Below are positions 62,931 through 64,000 of a DNA stretch of 64,000 nucleotides, piece by piece. The notes under the pieces are model-generated. The model worked only from the letters and a program-made list of their open reading frames with translations, was not told the origin of the DNA and did not search any database. Made by a program: the position numbers and the translations under genes. This DNA comes from Podarcis filfolensis (lineage: Eukaryota), in the NCBI GenBank assembly GCA_964270895.1, contig OZ185443.1, one strand, 5' to 3'. Within the stretch, counting starts at the first letter, position 1; every line of letters starts with the position of its first letter.

Positions 62931-63646
62931 ATGAAGTGGACACTAGTGTCTACAAAAGCTTATGCCATCATAAATGTGTTGTTATTTAAGGTGCTGCAGG
63001 CCTGTTTCTTGTTAATAAAGTCTAAGTGAATGAAAAATGTTCTGCCCTGGTCTTATTTGAAATCTCAGAGAAGCTAACAGAGGTTGCCATAGGCTTCTAA
63101 TCCACATCTGGACAGCTGCTTAGCTTCAATAATGCTACAGCATTAGGTGTTCTCAGACCATTTACTGGGCCTAGTTCCTGTGTTAATTTGCTTTTCTGCA
63201 AAGCAGATGGCTTTGAGAACTTTCCTGAGGATGTACCATTATTGCTGATAATAAATCTATAGCCCTGCTTTTAAACTGCACAGATTTCACTGAGACAGAT
63301 TAATGAAGGTGGTTATTTGGGTGACTGGACAAATAACAACTGTGGCAATTTCAGGAAGATCACAGGGGGTGCAGCAGTCCTGCTCCATTAAAGTCAAACA
63401 TTGTTTTTTGCCAGCTGGTTTTCATTTTTCATTTTCTTGGTTAAAATACGGATTGCCTTCTATGTTAGCTATTAGTCACCTATTTTTGGCTGCCCTTGCC
63501 CCAGAATAATTTCATATCAGAGATATTGTGGTAAATTAAAATGACAGCAACCAAACACAGTTGCTTATTGGAGCATTGTTTAAAGGGGGGCCAGGGCTAG
63601 CATCTGTGTTGTGCTCTTTGGAGGCTCTGTGGGGCTGCCCAAGAAT

Positions 63647-63894
63647 CAGGGCTGGCCTAGGGCATTTTGGCACCTGAGGCAAACCATAAAATGGTGTCCC
63701 ACCCCAGGCAATAAGGACTGAAGGAACAATGGGAGAATAAAGACCTACTTCAGGAACAAGGGTGGGAGGAGACCAGCAGTGCCTCCTATTTGCCAAGAGC
63801 AGCAGCAGCAGCGGCCGGCAATGCACTTGTCCCCCTGCAGATCCAGCCACCTGAGGTGGTCACCTCACCTTGCCTCATGGGTGGGTTGGCCCTG
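63647..63894. mobile_element. hAT-like MITE
   Basis: TIRs CAGGGCTGGCC / GGTTGGCCCTG; 8-bp TSD ccaagaat/tcaagaat. Confidence 0.75.
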
Positions 63895-64000
63895 TCAAGA
63901 ATGCTGCACATTGATCTACACTTGGTTATGAGCCCAGCCTTGAAGAATCCAGTGGGTCAAAGGTGTGGCCAACAGAATCTGGAGCTTATTTGCTTTTCAG

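Noticed and set aside
1-64000. CRISPR arrays, rRNA genes, operons or a second protein-coding gene
   Set aside because: No spaced direct repeats or rRNA motifs; remaining ORFs are short and lack splice or domain support

Overview
Vertebrate genomic DNA, most likely a squamate and probably a lacertid lizard (Sauria SINE, squamate-type CR1/L2/L1 ends and TA-flanked MITEs). The window holds the 3' part of one + strand gene, SORBS2 (ArgBP2). It runs from the SoHo-domain exon [17 protein letters not shown] (6092) through three SH3 domains to the stop codon (53124-53126) and a ~2.3 kb 3'UTR; the promoter and N-terminal exons lie upstream of the window. I traced 14 core coding exons with GT-AG boundaries and continuous phase, plus 3 cassette exons I recognise from mammalian isoforms, including the 1581-nt His-tract exon. 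The most interesting signal is three further in-frame Ser/Pro-rich cassette exons (810, 195 and 108 nt) between SH3-2 and SH3-3, each followed by a TGCATG motif. The first carries a motif resembling the muscle-specific insert of the paralogue SORBS1/ponsin. Other points of interest are distant branch points, in-frame alternative acceptors, read-through stops with intronic poly(A) signals and nested transposons. There is one 148-N assembly gap. I found no bacterial-type system, CRISPR array or intact RNA gene. Comparisons with mammalian proteins are from memory, not from a database search.
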